Of a stretch of DNA of 64,000 nt, positions 1 through 12,869 are shown piece by piece. The stretch comes from Raillietiella orientalis (lineage: Eukaryota). Every line of letters begins with the position of its first letter. Position 1 is the first letter of the stretch. The notes under the pieces were generated by a model. The model was not told the origin of the DNA, ran no database searches, and saw only the letters and a list, made by a program, of their open reading frames with translations. The position numbers and the translations under genes are program-made. The stretch covers positions 248,001-312,000 of the forward strand of contig JAYWIR010000027.1 in NCBI GenBank assembly GCA_036172245.1, given 5' to 3'.

Positions 1-299
1 TGCCACATACGCGGACTTTCCGAAGAGGCGGCGTTTCCATTATGAGCCACGAGGGGAAGGCTTGAAGGAGGCGGTTGCCAACTCAGGGGTGAGGTCACAC
101 GAGGAGATCCTTTGAGAGGTCACCCGACGGAATTCGATCCTGGGGACCTACGTTCCATCTTTGCTCCTCCCTCCCTCGCATCTCCAAGAAGAATTCTTGA
201 AGATGGTTTGCCCCGGAGAGCGTAGAGACGCCACCTGCCGTCATTTGGTTTTACGAATCACCCACTTCCTTTGGGATTACTCCAGATAAATCAGCTCGT

Positions 300-700
300 C
301 ACGAAATCATCGGCAATCCTAGCAACCGACAGGGTCGGATGCTTGGGTCGCTTGCCGCCTCTGATGCGGGCTGGAACAAGTCACGGCGTGGCAAGTGCAT
401 CTGGAAGATGACCGGCGAAGAAAGCAGGAAAGAGAGGAGATAGAGGCAAGAGGACTGTTCTGGCGGCCGAAGGTGGTTGAGAGGCAAAAGAGCCGGCCAT
501 GGGCAGAGAGCTCGGAGTGGTGTCTTCCGTTGCATCAGAGGAGCAAGCAAGTCGAAGAGGGTTGGTGCAGCATGACATGCCTCTGTGCTTCGACAGGGAC
601 CAAGGGGCGATGTGCGGACCGTGTCTGCAGTCATCGGTCCATGCGGAGAGACTGCTTTGTTTTAGCCGCTGCAGTCGGGGCTGTCACCGTCCTTTCGTCA
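300..700 (-). pseudogene. nairovirus N-like fragment (C-terminal)
   Basis: TLFDLLAPLMQRKTPLRALCPWPALL vs KLYELFADDSFQQNRIYMHPAVL. Confidence 0.4.
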
Positions 701-1129
701 AGTTCGTGGTGGTCCAAATGGGTCATGTCGTGGGCTGGAGTCGGCCCCTTTCCAGGTGCCGAGGGTATTCTGCTCGGGAGAACGTGCAACGGAAGGAGCC
801 GGGAGCGGGTCAAGAGAGGAAAGCGCAACCTCCCCCTTCCGCCACGCCCTCTTTCCCAGGAGAGGGGAAGCGGCGGCTCCGGAGGTTCGCCGAGCGCCCT
901 TCCTTCTCTCCCATCCCTTCCGCCGAGTCCCGGAGGAGGCGCTCCCTCCGCTTGCCGGTCGCCTCGGGCTCAAACACTCCGCGGCCTCCTCTCGTTGTAC
1001 CACTGCTTCCTCTTTCAGCAGTATCGCCTCGAAGGCGCGCCTCTGCTCGGGAGTCCGTTCCCGCTCTGCCATTTCCTGATCGGATTTGCTCTCCGTGTGT
1101 CTCCCGGCCCGCGTTGGCGGCCGCGTGGC

Positions 1130-2510
1130 TGTGAGCTCTGCGTGCGGCATCTCACGTCGCCAGTTCGAATCCTGCCCGGGGAGGAAGGGTCGACGTCGAG
1201 AAATGGGGATGCATCCCTCCCCTCAGAATGAAGCTGGTTGGCCTTAAAGGCTACAGGTGCGGCCTTGGTTGACGCCTGATCACGCCGGGGCGTTTGTTTA
1301 TAAAATAAACATCCATGTCTGTGGCAGGACGTTTGATCCTGCTAGTTTACTTATAACTAAGAAAAGGAACCTGCCGGGAACTGGCATGCAGGCCAGCGAG
1401 AGGCTCGCCTTGGCAACACAGGAGAAGGGATACAAACAAAAAGAAAAAAATAAAACGAACACTGCAGTCAAAAAATGGGAAGGGGGTTCGGGAAGGGGTC
1501 ACTGTGTGCTGAAGGGTGTCCTCTGCATCCTTGTAAGGATGCCGGCAAGTTCCTGTTTTATGGCCCCCAGATGGGACCATCTTGACACTGTCCTCATGAA
1601 GAGGACAGCAAAATAGATGGCGTCCCTGTCGTTCTCGCCTCCTCTGGCGTTGCTCCATGCGTCCACAGTCCCACCGCGTGGGCGGCAAAGTGCTGTTAGG
1701 GATGCGGCCGCGTGATGGCATCTCAGAGCGCTTTAAAACGCCTCTGAAGTTGCCTCCGGGGGTTCCGAGGGTCGCAGAAAAGTGTCTTCCAAAGGGCCAG
1801 AAAGCAACACAGTCTACTAGGAGGTGCGGACTTAGTGGAAGCCGAAAGCCCTTGCTGACTGACCGATATCTGGAATCTGACCCTCCGGGGTCCTTCCAGG
1901 ACATTAAGGAGCCCTTCGAGGTTCCCCTCCGGTTGTGCAAATGGACTCTTTCCTTCAGGGGGAGGGTACTCCTTGGAGTCTCCTCAAGGGTGGGAACCCT
2001 CCATCGCGTACTGGGGAGCTCTCTTGAGACTGCTCCTTTAGAGGAGTGGCCCTCATGAGAAATGGGGAGGCGTCTCTTCGGGGTTCCCTTCAGAGGAGGA
2101 AACGAGAAGCGGTTCCCTTCCGGGGGGTTCCACTGGAGAAGAAATTCCTGGATCGGATCCTTTCCGGGGTCCTTCTGGGGAAGAAAGGAGGAACGACCCC
2201 TCCGGGGAATCCCCCTCCAGAGAGGGTAAGGAAGAGGAGGTTTCCTTGGAGTTTTTTTTTACCAGAGAGGAGAGTGAGAGGAATGGACTCCTTCCTGTGG
2301 AGCCCTTCCTAAATTCATGGGGTGGTCTCCTCCTGGGATACCCCCCTCATGAACTCGAGGAGTGTAGCGAGCTGTAAACGCCACTGCTGAAGAGTTTCGC
2401 AAGCTCCCCGTAAGGTCCCTGCCTCCCCCATAAAAGCTCGAAGGGAAACAGCCGAACGGAAGAACCCCAAGGGATTTCCTTCATCATCCGTCTGTCCACT
2501 CGTCTGTCCA
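1130..2510 (+). repeat. B-box-headed SINE-like repeat, interrupted by a LINE fragment
   Basis: agttcgaatcc near 1163. Body gaccctccggggtccttcc...ccatcgcgtac...ggagc is shared with the other copies. Ends in (cgtctgtccact)x2. Confidence 0.7.
1270..1821 (-). mobile_element. 3' end of the same LINE family, with target-site duplication
   Basis: PHLLVDCVAF and gtcctctgcatcctt..aggatgccggcaagttcc are shared with 30420-30780. Flanked by aggtgcggccttggt (1255-1269) and aggtgcggacttagt (1822-1836). Confidence 0.8.
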
Positions 2511-2899
2511 CTGTTGCCTATTGATTGTTGGCCACTCGTCGATAGCTGTTCATCCGCCCGCCGCCGCCGCAGTCTTTCTGCCTGATCCCCCCGCTGCCCC
2601 CTACTGGACGTGGAACTCGACCGAGCGCATCGGTCCGCTTCGTTCCATCTTCGCGCTGTCTGCGAGGGCACTGCTGGTGGTGGTTTGACGGGCGCAGTCG
2701 TCTGACCGAGGCTCTTCGACCCCGCACAGACTCGGGAGACGAGAGGCCCCCGAGGGCGAGGATGCCAGGTCGAGCCGGCCCTCCCCATTGTAGCGTGCGG
2801 AGGAGGAGCCTGAGCGCCGCCTCGGCGCAGGCGCCACCGGCGCGTGCCCTCCCTTCGCCGACCACTGCCTCATCCTCCCGAGGTGCGGATGGGAGCGCT

Positions 2900-3650
2900 G
2901 CGGCAATCCTGGGCAGACCAGAGGTGAACGGCGGGAGGAGAGAGCTCGCGGAGGAAAGCAGGGAAGGGAGTAGTGGGGAGGGGGGAAAGAGAAGGAATGT
3001 ATCGCTCTTTCCCACTCACCGCCTCCTCCCTTTGCAGGAAAGATGCGGGTGCATCCTCCTGGAAGCTCCGTGTGTCCCCGGTTCCTCCGCAGGCATCCCT
3101 CGCAGGCTGCGGAACCACGGGACCTCTCTCGCCGGCCGTCATCATCGAGGATTTTCCCTGCTCCCCGTCCCGGAGAGGACGTCACCCTCCTACTGGAGCG
3201 AGTCCGGGAAGAGCTGTCTCACCAGGAGGGTGGCGTCGAAGCAGCAGGGAGGGGCGAAGGGACCGGAGAGGCTCACGAGTGCCCGGGGCAGGATGAGGAG
3301 GAGACGAACTCCGGAGGCCGCTTTTCTCTGTGCGTCGAGTGCTCTAGGTAAAGGGTACGCGCCCTCACCGGGAGCGACCCCATCGCTCTTTCCCTCTTGG
3401 GGTGGAGCAGTTCCGACTCCGGGAAGCATCGGCTCGGGTGGCGCACTCCAGAGGCTTACCGGGGTTTCTCCACGAGCGCCTGCAGGGGCCAAGGCGCGGC
3501 TCTGCGGTCTCCAGGATCGCGCAGGGAACGCGCTCTCATGCGCCGAATGTTCCAGGTGAGTCCCGATGTTCCAGGATGTTGGTGCGGGATGCTCCCGGAC
3601 CAGGGAGGCAGGGAAGGGAGGGGAGCTCGAGAAGGAAGAGGAAGAAGGGG
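2900..3650 (-). pseudogene. nairovirus N-like fragment
   Basis: PPWSGSI vs PPWGDI; MTAG..VVPQPARDACGGTGDTRSF vs LTAG..IPVANPDDAAQGSGHTKSI. Confidence 0.45.
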
Positions 3651-3699
3651 GGCGACTCGCTCGCCCTCTTTTTCGGAAAAGGAGAGTCGGACCGTAGGG

Positions 3700-4420
3700 A
3701 AAAGTCCTCCTTCCACAGGAACCTGTCCACGCTCAGGTCACCGCAGGGAAACGCGGCAGAGAGGGTTCTCTCTTCCTCCTCCCCTCCCTGCCAGCCGTCG
3801 TGCGCTTCTCCGATCCATAGTCTTCTCTGGATGCCAGCGGAGGGCGCTGGGAAAGCAGGCACGCCTCGCAGGGGAGGAGTGAGTGCAGGGATGGGTGAGC
3901 GTGCCCTGTCTCCCTCCCTCATCGTGGAGCTTCGGAGAGCGAGCTCGAGGAGCCGCTTCGCCCCGCGCATTTTGCCTCCACGCTTCCAGGAAGAGGGAAG
4001 AAATCGTCTCTGGAGATCGCCTCGGAAGCTCCCTTGGAACACGCGAGCCGACGTGTTGCGACCGCGTGCCGTCGCGGAAGGGAGGGGATATGGCCGTCCG
4101 CCTTCAGCTCCGTACTCTCCGCGATCCTTTTTTGGCCTGAAGTCTTGTCGCCGGCTCCGCTTTCGAGAGGGCGTCCTTCCAGGACACCTCGAGGAAGCCG
4201 CTTCCCCCACGCGCGGGTACCCCGCGGAGCGAATCGCGACGGAAGGATGATGATGCCGCCCGAACCATGATCCCGGGAGGGATGTGAACTCGGAGACGAG
4301 CTCCTTGGGGACGGAGTCGTTGGGGAGGATCTCCTGAAGGCGACCAGGACTCTGCCCAGAACGTGCGCCGGCGGTGTACGTTCCGGGTCATCCAGGTTAC
4401 CCTCCCAGGCCATCCAGGCG
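3700..4420 (-). pseudogene. nairovirus N-like fragment
   Basis: RRFLPSSWKRGGKMRGAKRLLELALRSS vs SQFLFELGKQPRGTKKMKKALLST. Confidence 0.45.
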
Positions 4421-4789
4421 CTGCGACGCAGCCTCGGCTTCGTCCGTGAGGGAGGGGAGAGGGGTGCGTGGGTGAGAAGGGAAGGAGGCGTCTAAGTGGT
4501 TCCGCGGCAGGGAACCCTCCGGAGCCGAGGGTGGCGAAGAGTTCGCGGTTTCAAGAGCTCCTTCGAGGGACAGCGCGCCTCTGGCGGCGGGAGGCAGAGG
4601 TAGGAGGCGGAGGCGGGGCGAGCGATGATCTCCACGCCAGCGACAGAATGATGACGGCGACGATGACGACAGCGGAGAATGCAGAAGAAACAGGGAAGGA
4701 CGGTGGCGAGGGGGAGGAGGAAGAGTGGAAGAGGAGGGAGGCGCACGGGGATCTGCGCCTTCTCCCCTCTCCCCTTCCTAAGAGCCCGC

Positions 4790-5930
4790 CCTTCTAGCGC
4801 CCTCTGGACTTCGCCAAGCACGCGAGGAAGGGTCGCTCGCGTGCCTGCAGCGTCACAGTGCATCTGCCACGGTGGCGCCTCCACCGCCTCTGCAAGAAGA
4901 GTTTCAAAGCTCTGTCACAGGCGCGCGGAGGAAGCAACGCGACTTCAGCTCGCTCCTTGCAGCCTCGGATGCTCTCGGGGAGATGCCTCCTCTTCGCTTT
5001 CCGACTCCCGGGTGAGGGTGGGAGCGGCACCTTCGCGTTGCGCGCCGGTCGCGAGTGCAGGGTATGACGGGGGATCGCCACAGTCTCCACCAGGACGCGA
5101 GCGCGCATGCGTCCGGCAGGGAGTGTTCGGAAGGCGCGCTCAGATTTCCGTCTCCCGGACAACGCAGGCGGGACGGAGAAAAGACGGATCCGCTGCATTC
5201 CTTGTCGCCGAATTTTCCTGACTGGATTCGAGGTCATGCGCGAAGAGGTGGCCCTAGGTCTCTCCGCGAAACAGGAAGTCAGCGGCGACTCCCTCCTTCT
5301 CCCATTCCTCTAGGTGAGTCGCTCCACGACTTCCTCTGTGGTGACAGGGGCGGGAGTGAGCGGTCCTTTCCCTTGCAGGCGCCGCAGTCCTTCCGGCGTT
5401 TCCAGGAAGGCGCGTGGGCGAACTTCTCGGCCCCTTGTGAGGAGCGCCGATTCGCCTTCCGCGTCGAGCAAGGGAGGCGAGCCGCCGCTGTCTACGGGAC
5501 GTTCGTCCCCACGGGTGGTGCACCGGGGAGCCTCAGGGTGGCTGGGATCTGGCGCCCAGACGTCTCCCTCTCCTCAAATCGCTCCTATGGTGCGGGCATC
5601 AGGAGCGAGCCGAGGGCCCGAGCTGCGACTCCCGGGCCCTCGACCCGCCTTTCCTCCTCCTCTCCCCGCCCTTCACAAGTCGGAGAGGGGCCGGGACCCT
5701 GTTTTTGACTCCGTGCTCCAGGTGGTGGAGGAGCTCTCGGAATGGTTGGCAGAAGAGGTGGAGATCCGCCTGCGGGTCGAGGAGCTCGCCACAATGTTCA
5801 GCATTCACGAACTCGGGAGCGTCCCCGAAAGGTTGCTCGGCAAAGTTCCCCTGGGGCTCCCGTCGAGTCCCTGAACGCAGCTGGATGTCGCAGACATTTG
5901 CTGACTTTATCCTTCCTTCGTGGAGGAGAC
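4790..5930 (-). pseudogene. nairovirus N-like copy, most of the length
   Basis: In order: VNAEHCGEL, HHPWGRTSRR, WEKEGVAAD, LPAGRM, CDRALKLFLQ, TLQARERPF. Confidence 0.62.
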
Positions 5931-6199
5931 TCCGATCTTCGGCTGTGCCTTCCTTGTCCCATCTTCCCCTCCTCCTCCTCCCTCCCCCTTCGCTTACCCG
6001 GAAATAAAAGCTCCGGTTTTCCCAGGCTGTTGCTGCTGCTGCTCCACGCGCTGCATCGGTGGAGCAGCGCGAGGGAAGCGACGCGGCGAAGCCGCAGGCG
6101 CGGTGCTGATTTCAGGGTCGCCTGGAAGCGGAGGTCCTCGAGGTGAACTCTAGCGAAGCTCCTGCGCGCACACTGGCCCTTCGACGACGAGAGAGTACG

Positions 6200-6850
6200 C
6201 GCTGCTGTTGCTGCTGGGAGGGGCGTCCTAGGGAACGAGGGGGACACGGAGATCGACATTCCCCTCTCGAGGGCGCTGTGAACGAGCCGAGGTCGATCTC
6301 CAAGGGCGCTGGCACGCTCGCTGCTGCCGGAGGTGCGAGCGTGGGGTCTGGCAGGCGGCGAAGAACAACAGACGGCACGGAAGCGGAGGAACCTCTCGAG
6401 GTGGCGCTGGGGTCAGCAAGGCTGCGCACTCTTCGATCGAGATGGCGCTGGAGATGGCGGTGTGCGTTCGAGTTTGGACGACACACAGGTCTGTCCCTGT
6501 CTTTGTGTAGGTTCCCGTCTACAAGTTCGACTCGCGCCCGCCGGGGAGTAGGCGGTTGTTGGGGAGAAGGGGTGGAGATCCACACTGCGGCGGTTGCTAC
6601 GGCGAATTTGGTGGTCTGCCCTCAGGCAGCCTGCGTTCTCGGACAGGCCGGCCCACAGGCGCAGAGTGCTTGGCAACGGACGCATCTCCTGGCTCGCATG
6701 GAGCTCAGGAAGGGGTGCGAGGGGAAGGGGGAGGACTGTGTCTCTCCGCCGCGCACATCCGCATCCCGGGAGGCTGAGGGGGCGCGGGGCGCTGCGAGGA
6801 GCGGAGCGTCGCTTGCAGCGCTTCGCTGCCTGGATGTAGTTCCGACTCCA
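6200..6850 (-). pseudogene. nairovirus N-like C-terminal half
   Basis: YIQAAKRCKRRSAPRS, FPSHPFL, STLRLWAG...LRAD...RSVDLHP vs STPMKWG...FAD...RIYMHP. Confidence 0.55.
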
Positions 6851-6999
6851 GGGATGCAGCAGTCTCCCCTTCAGCCAGGGAGGCGACCCATGGAAAGGCC
6901 GTAGGTCACTCTTCCAAGAAATTTTTCCTTTTTGTTGTAAACAAAATATTCTATTGAACTACTCCCTGCCTTTTTAAAATAATTATATTTAAAATTTAT

Positions 7000-7810
7000 T
7001 CGATCCGTCGCTTCCCCACCAAGGAGGACGGTCCTAGAGCTGCACGACCCAGAGGTTTCACTCCTTCCGGAGGAAGGACCTCGCTGCTAACCAGGAAGAG
7101 ACGAATCTCCCCAATCAGGCGGGCGAGGCACCCTCCCAAAGCCGGAAAGGGGCTGGATTTTGCTTCTGCCTCCCAGCTACCGGTGGTGAGGGAACTCTCA
7201 GGGCGGCTGAGAAAAGAGGCCGGGGCCGAACTTCGACTGCCAGGCTTGCCAGGTCACGGATGCTGGACATCGCGACGAGATCCTCGGTCCTGAGGGTCTT
7301 CTACATGTCCTGGGGGTTCGCTACTTGTCTCTGTAGGTCTGTTATGTGCCCTGGGGGGTCTATTACATGTCCAGGTGCTCTGCAGGTGCATTTTGCCCTC
7401 TTCTCCCGGTCATTCTGAGAGTTCCCTCACCACTGGGAGCATCGGAGCCGTCAGCACTCAGCACCGAGCCACTCTGTTCCGAGAGTTCAGAGCCTTGCTG
7501 ACGCCAGCACCACCTCGAGATGCTCTCCCGAGCTCTCTGTGACGGGGTGGGGCTGAAAGGAAGGGAGGAAGGGTGAGGAGGTGCTCTTCGCGGGACATCT
7601 CCCCGCGTGATCCCTTCCCATGCCTCCTGGGCACGACAGCCTGCTAATCCTGTGCTCCCTCGGAGATGCCGAAGGACTCTTCTCTTCGACCCTCCCTCGC
7701 TCTCTGCACTCTTCGAGACGGACGACTGCAGGAGGCTGCTCCTCTCTCTCTTCGCTTTCAGCAACGAGAACTTCTGCTGCCAGCCTCTGCAAAGGAGGAA
7801 GGAGTCCGTT
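7000..7810 (-). pseudogene. nairovirus N-like central fragment
   Basis: WQQKFSLLK; EHLE/WC restored by removing one base (vs EHVDWC); MTGRRG; SAALRVPS; EIRLFLV. Confidence 0.55.
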
Positions 7811-8340
7811 CCTCTCATGCTTGGGAGGGAACCCCGAAAGAATCCTTTCCTGGAACTTTTTCTCCAGATGGATCCACGGAAAAGATCTACTCCTGGTTCC
7901 TTCCTCTGAAGAACCCCCGAAGGAACGCTTCCTAATTTTCTCTAAGGATCGCTCCCCGAAGGGAGCAGCTCACTTCTCGCACTCTGGAGAGGTGTCATCA
8001 ATCCACCAGCTCTATAGTATGGCACGAAGGGTTCCTCTCCCACTCCGAGGGGCGGCTTGATTTGCACAACCGTAAGGGAGGAACCCAGAAGGACTCCTTG
8101 ATTTCTGGAAGGACCTCGAAGGAACAGTTTCCAAATCCTGGCCACTCATCGGGGGCATCTGTTTTTTGCCAGCTGCACCCGATTATGGGCCATCCGAGAG
8201 TCATCTTGCGGCGGGAACCCGAATTCACGACGCACCCCCCAATTTCTCTGGCGCCGTCGATCCTTCCCTCCCGGGCGGGATTCGAACCCGCGACTCCCGG
8301 TGCCTTGCGCGGAGAGACCACAGTCACGCAGTCGCCAGCG
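7800..8340 (-). repeat. SINE-like repeat copy
   Basis: Reverse-complement ggttcgaatccc near 8277-8288, followed by the same body. Confidence 0.7.
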
Positions 8341-8349
8341 CGGACATCA

Positions 8350-8920
8350 AGTGTCGGAGGACACTCTCCGAAGGGATCTTTGATGCTCTTCATCCCACCT
8401 TTGTCCCTTCCACTCTCAAAGCAGCCCTTGAGGCGTACCCCCGTCGATCCCGGGGCGAGGCGGCTCACACGTGCTGCCATCTCGACGACGGTTTGACGGA
8501 TGAGCGGCCGAGGGTGGCTTCCCCATCCGGAACTCCCGCCGAGTCAGGATTTCACAGGCAGGTCCTAGGGAAGTGAGGATCAAGTAGAGTCCCGAAACCC
8601 TAAGCAGAATGTCAAAAGACAATCGATTCCCTTGGAGGTCGTTCCTTGGCATCACCGAGGAAGAGGAAAAGAGCGGCGCATGATGGATGGGGGTTTCGGA
8701 TAGGGAGGCGGGATGTTCCAGTAGGAACCGGAACATGGAGGGGAGGGGGGGAAAACTCTCTTCCGCCTTGGAAATGGCGCAGGGAGGGAAGGGTTTTGCG
8801 GGGAGGCTTCGCTTTGATTGATGGGACCGTCTGAGAGCTCGCCAGAGGGAGGAAGAGGGGAGGGAGGTGGAGAAGAATGGAAGGAAAAGCCTGTTGCTCG
8901 GGCAACCAAGCTGATGCACT
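8350..8920 (-). pseudogene. nairovirus N-like C-terminal fragment
   Basis: EESFPPLPSMFRFLLEH, DLQGNRL, LKGCFE. Confidence 0.55.
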
Positions 8921-9599
8921 CGTCGCAGCTGCTTGAGAGGTGCCGCTCAGAGGAGAAGGGGATCTCCTAGGGCCAAACAGAAGTGGGGTGTGAATGAGGA
9001 GAAGGCGGGAGGAAGCCCTTCGTTCGCAGGAGCCACGCGCCGGATTTCCCCAACAAGCTCCAGGGGTGGGACTGCGGCCCCGCTAACGCGCTCCGAGGCG
9101 AACCCCTACGCCGGATCTTGTTCCTTCCCTCGGTCCGCCGCAGTGTCAAGCAGCGAAGACAAGAGGGATGAGGAGCAGCAAGGGGCGGCGAGCGGATCGA
9201 GGAAAGAACCGAGCGTCGCGACCGGACCGGGACGTCATCACCCTCTCTTCTCGAGGGTCATCGACTGGCTCTCCGCTCCTGCCCATTCGGTCAGCGCTCC
9301 GAAGGGCTGCTGGGCAGCGGAGCGCGCGCACTCACTACTCCCCTCCCTCTCCGTTTCTGATCGCCTCTCGCCTGGTCGTCGGCATGGAAACGGCGGCGGC
9401 TGCGGAGCGAGGCGGCCTCCGCCCTCCAGCAAGCCTGGACCGCTTCGCCAGCTTCCTCGAAGGTCGTGCGCTTTGTTTGCAAAGGAGGCTGCATGGAAGC
9501 GGGGCGACCCCCCCTTCTCTCTTCCTCCCTCCCCCTCCTTCCTTCCGGACTCGGCTCCGCGATTTATCGCGCGTGACTCCCGACTCCTCCCGGAACGGG

Positions 9600-10080
9600 A
9601 AGCACAGCGAGACCCCCTCCCCCAGGTGGGTTTGGAGTCCACACTTCCCACTGCCGGCGGGCCGGGTTCTCCCTGGCCATCCATCGGTGTGCGCCGTGTA
9701 AGGACCGCGGCAGGTGGAACCAGAGGAGAAGACGCGCGCGTCGGCTGAGCCTCCTGGCAGCAGTTCTCTGGGGACAACCCGCCGCGACCGCCGAAAGGGG
9801 CCCTCCCTCTCCCGCGTCCGCTCCCTCCTCCCGCTCTTCCCCATAGGCAGACCCGCTTCCCAAAACCTCCCCGGTCCCATGGCCCTTTTCCGGGATCGCC
9901 GCGATTCGTGCGAACTCCCTGCTCGCACCTTGCTCGGCCGCCAATGCCCGCCGCGAGCCCACGCTTCTTGGGGAAGTCTCGCGTAGGCATCCACGAGGAT
10001 CTGCTTCCGGGATCCCAGGCCGGCATTAATTGGCAGCTGGCCTCCCGTCTGCCCCGCATGGGGGGAGGGAGAAGAGAGCC
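9600..10080 (-). pseudogene. possible nairovirus N-like N-terminal fragment
   Basis: DAYARL vs DESYTEL; RCEQGVRTN vs RKDIGFRVN. Confidence 0.35.
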
Positions 10081-10479
10081 ACCCAGCTCCCTCCCGGAGT
10101 CCCGGCCAGAGGCAGGAGCGTCCGGGTTCTTCCGAGACGGCTTGGGGAGGAGGGAAAGGGGAGGCGCTTTGCGCTTCCCCGCCAGCAGCACTGTCCTCCC
10201 GCTCCCTTGTCTCGGAGGAAGGTCGGTTGGTCTTCCCCGCATAATGGAGGGAAGCGGGAGCACCCGGGGCTGCTTCCCGGAAGGGCACGCCGCAGGCGGG
10301 ACGCGCGCCCCACCTACGCTCCTTCGCGCGGCGGATTGATCTCTGGAGCTTCTAGCCCGCTGCGGAACGAAGACGGAAGCTGCATCTTGTCATCTTGTCC
10401 GACAGAACAGCGGGAAGCATCCGGGCATTTCGGGGAAAGGGGCTCCCATCCGGGAGAAGAAGACCCCGTCGGAGAGAAG

Positions 10480-11330
10480 GGGAGAGAGAGCGGCGTTGAC
10501 TCCATGAGTGGCTGCTGGCTGACTGGATGGACAGGGACGAGGAGTCGCCGCAGGGGCACTGGGAGCGGCAAGAGTCGTGAGAGCTAGGGAATCACCCCTG
10601 GACTTCACGAGCCTCTTTTCGGGACGCGCGCTGCGTCTCCCGGAAGCGACCGTATCTCCAGCGCGCGGCTCGGATGTGGAGACTCATGGACGTGAGCGCC
10701 AGAGGGCATTTTTTGCGGGTTCAGGAAGTGGGAGCCCCGCACTTTCTGGGACTTGCGGGCTCCCGAGCATGCAGCTGTCCATCCTTCCCTCCCTTGCGCC
10801 GTGGATTGTAGGGGAGGGCGGTCTCTCCAGATCCTCCCGTAAAAAAAGAGTTTTTTATTCCCGAGAGCCCTCCACCGCATCCCGTCGAGTTGCACTGGCT
10901 GCTGCCCGCCTAGAATGCGCGTCAAGTTGGCGCCCTTGCTGAGAGGTGGAGGTGCTCCAGCGCGCTCTCTTCACCCTAGCGTGGCGCCACCACTCCCCCA
11001 CGAGCCCACAGCTCAGCCCATGCTTTTCCACAGCTCTGCTCCCGGAGTCCCGAAGGTTTTGGTCCAACCGCCTCGCAGCTCCTCAAGACGTTTGCTGACG
11101 TCATGAGCGGTCTCGCAACGTCCTGCTGGCTGCTCCCGCCTTGTTCGGAGTCCTGAACGCACCCCGCGATTCCACCTCTTCTTCTCCCGCAGAGTTTTCT
11201 TCCCTTCCAGAGTTTCGCTTCTCCGTTGTCCGGGAACTGTGCTCACGTCGTTGCCATGGAGCCAGTGCCTGCGCGCAGTCACCCCAAGCACGAAGCCGAC
11301 CGCATCTAGGGGTTGGCGCGACGAAACCTG
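10480..11330 (-). pseudogene. nairovirus N-like copy with internal deletions
   Basis: QPLDAVGFVLGVTARRHWLHGN, SQQGRQLDAHS, LGNKKL, NPQKMPSGAH, LVPVHPVSQQPL. Confidence 0.55.
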
Positions 11331-11949
11331 GCAACCAGTGGTCGTTCTGTGGACCTGGAGCAGTCGTCGACCTCGCGTGTTTTTTTTTTTTTTCAACGCC
11401 GATTTGCGAGGGCGGAACGATAGGTTTCCACGGCGACAGCCATGGCGTGACGTGAGGCTTGGGTGATCTGAACGTTCAAGAGCATCGGGAAGCGGAGCGG
11501 CCTGGTTGCCTTGGTTCCGGCTACCCCGGTCGTCGGATCCGGTATTGGCGCCGGTCGCTAGGGAGTGAGGGAAGAGGCGGTTCCTTATCCCCAGAAGGAA
11601 GGGTCAGCGGAAGGAGGACATGCGGTCCGGAGACGTCTGCGCACTTGTGAGCGCGTCCGTATTCGAACCCCGTATCGTAGGGTGTGGGCGTACAGGAGTT
11701 GGTGGGTGCGCTGGTGAGAGTAAGTCAGACACTGCGGCGGCCCCCTCTCCCGGTTCATCCTCCCCTTGGCTTCTACCGCCTTCACGCCTGGAGCGGGACG
11801 TCGGCACGGTTGGCTCCCGAGTCATCGTCCTCCGGACGCGTTGCCAGATTCGCAGACGACCCTCCGCCAGAGGTCGGTCTTGGTCACTTTTCCTTGGGGC
11901 TCAGCGAAGGTTTCAAAAGGATGATCTCCCCACGGGGTCACTGAGCGGT

Positions 11950-12840
11950 CCGCAGGAGACGCCGGTCAAGGTCGGCGCCGCCCTTCGCTCCGCGAGGCGC
12001 CCTGCGTTCTCTTTGCCGCTCGAATAGGACGAAGCCGACGGGAGGGGTGAAAGGGAAGAGACTCCCCAGGATCGAAGCGTCATGAGGGATGGGAGGGAGC
12101 CTTCTAGTGGCTCGGCATTCTCTACGCCTCTATGCGGGTCAACTCTCGTGTCCCGGTCGTCGGAAGCTTCGAGAGCTGGGGCAGCAGCTCCGAGTCTAGC
12201 AACCAAGAATGCAGCACGCACGCCCCGGGGCTTCCTACCTGCAAGGAATGGATCTAGCTCTCGATGCATAGAGGTCGAAGATTGTGGGTCATGAGGAGTG
12301 GCCATTCCGAGCGTTGGGACTTCCTGCGGCGACTTCCCTTCCCTTTCCTTCCTCCATCCCTCTCTGCAGTGGACGAGGCAGACAGCCAGCCGGCAGCGAC
12401 AGCTCCTTCTCCGAGGCAGCCCACGGCCAGACACGCGGGGAGGCGCTCCCAGGGACAAATTGCCGAAACCCCAGTTTCGGAGGCTGCTCCTTGCTCCGCT
12501 CTGCATTTTCAGGATGTTGTCTAGGCGAAGCCAGTGCACCTGCTTGCCTCCTTCCTCTGCTCCCACCGGAACGTGCATCTGGCGTTCGTTTCCCCCCCGC
12601 AGCGCAAGACGCTCCAATGAACGGACGCCACGACCGCGAGCCCACCCTCTCCCGGAGCGCCCCCTGCAGCCTCGAGATAAGCTGCTCGCAGAGGGCCAAG
12701 GATCTGCTCGCGATGCATCCGTTCTTCTTCTCTTTCCCAGACTTTTCGATCTCCCGGAGCTCCCAAGGACGGGAGGAGATCAGGAGGCGGGCCTCTGCTG
12801 AGGTTCTTTCGAACGCAGCAACCCCGGGGAGCGCCAACCC
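11950..12840 (-). pseudogene. nairovirus N-like, 5'-truncated
   Basis: RPWELREIEKSGK..IASRSLAL, SSLRNWG, VWPWAA, SMH...LAGR. Confidence 0.58.
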
Positions 12841-12869
12841 CCGTGGAAAAGGGGGAACAAGGGGGGAAC

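Noticed and set aside
8270..8340. tRNA gene suggested by GGTTCGAATCCC (also near 1163, 49965 and 56886)
   Set aside because: No convincing cloverleaf. Each B-box is followed by the same repeat body, so these are SINE-like heads.
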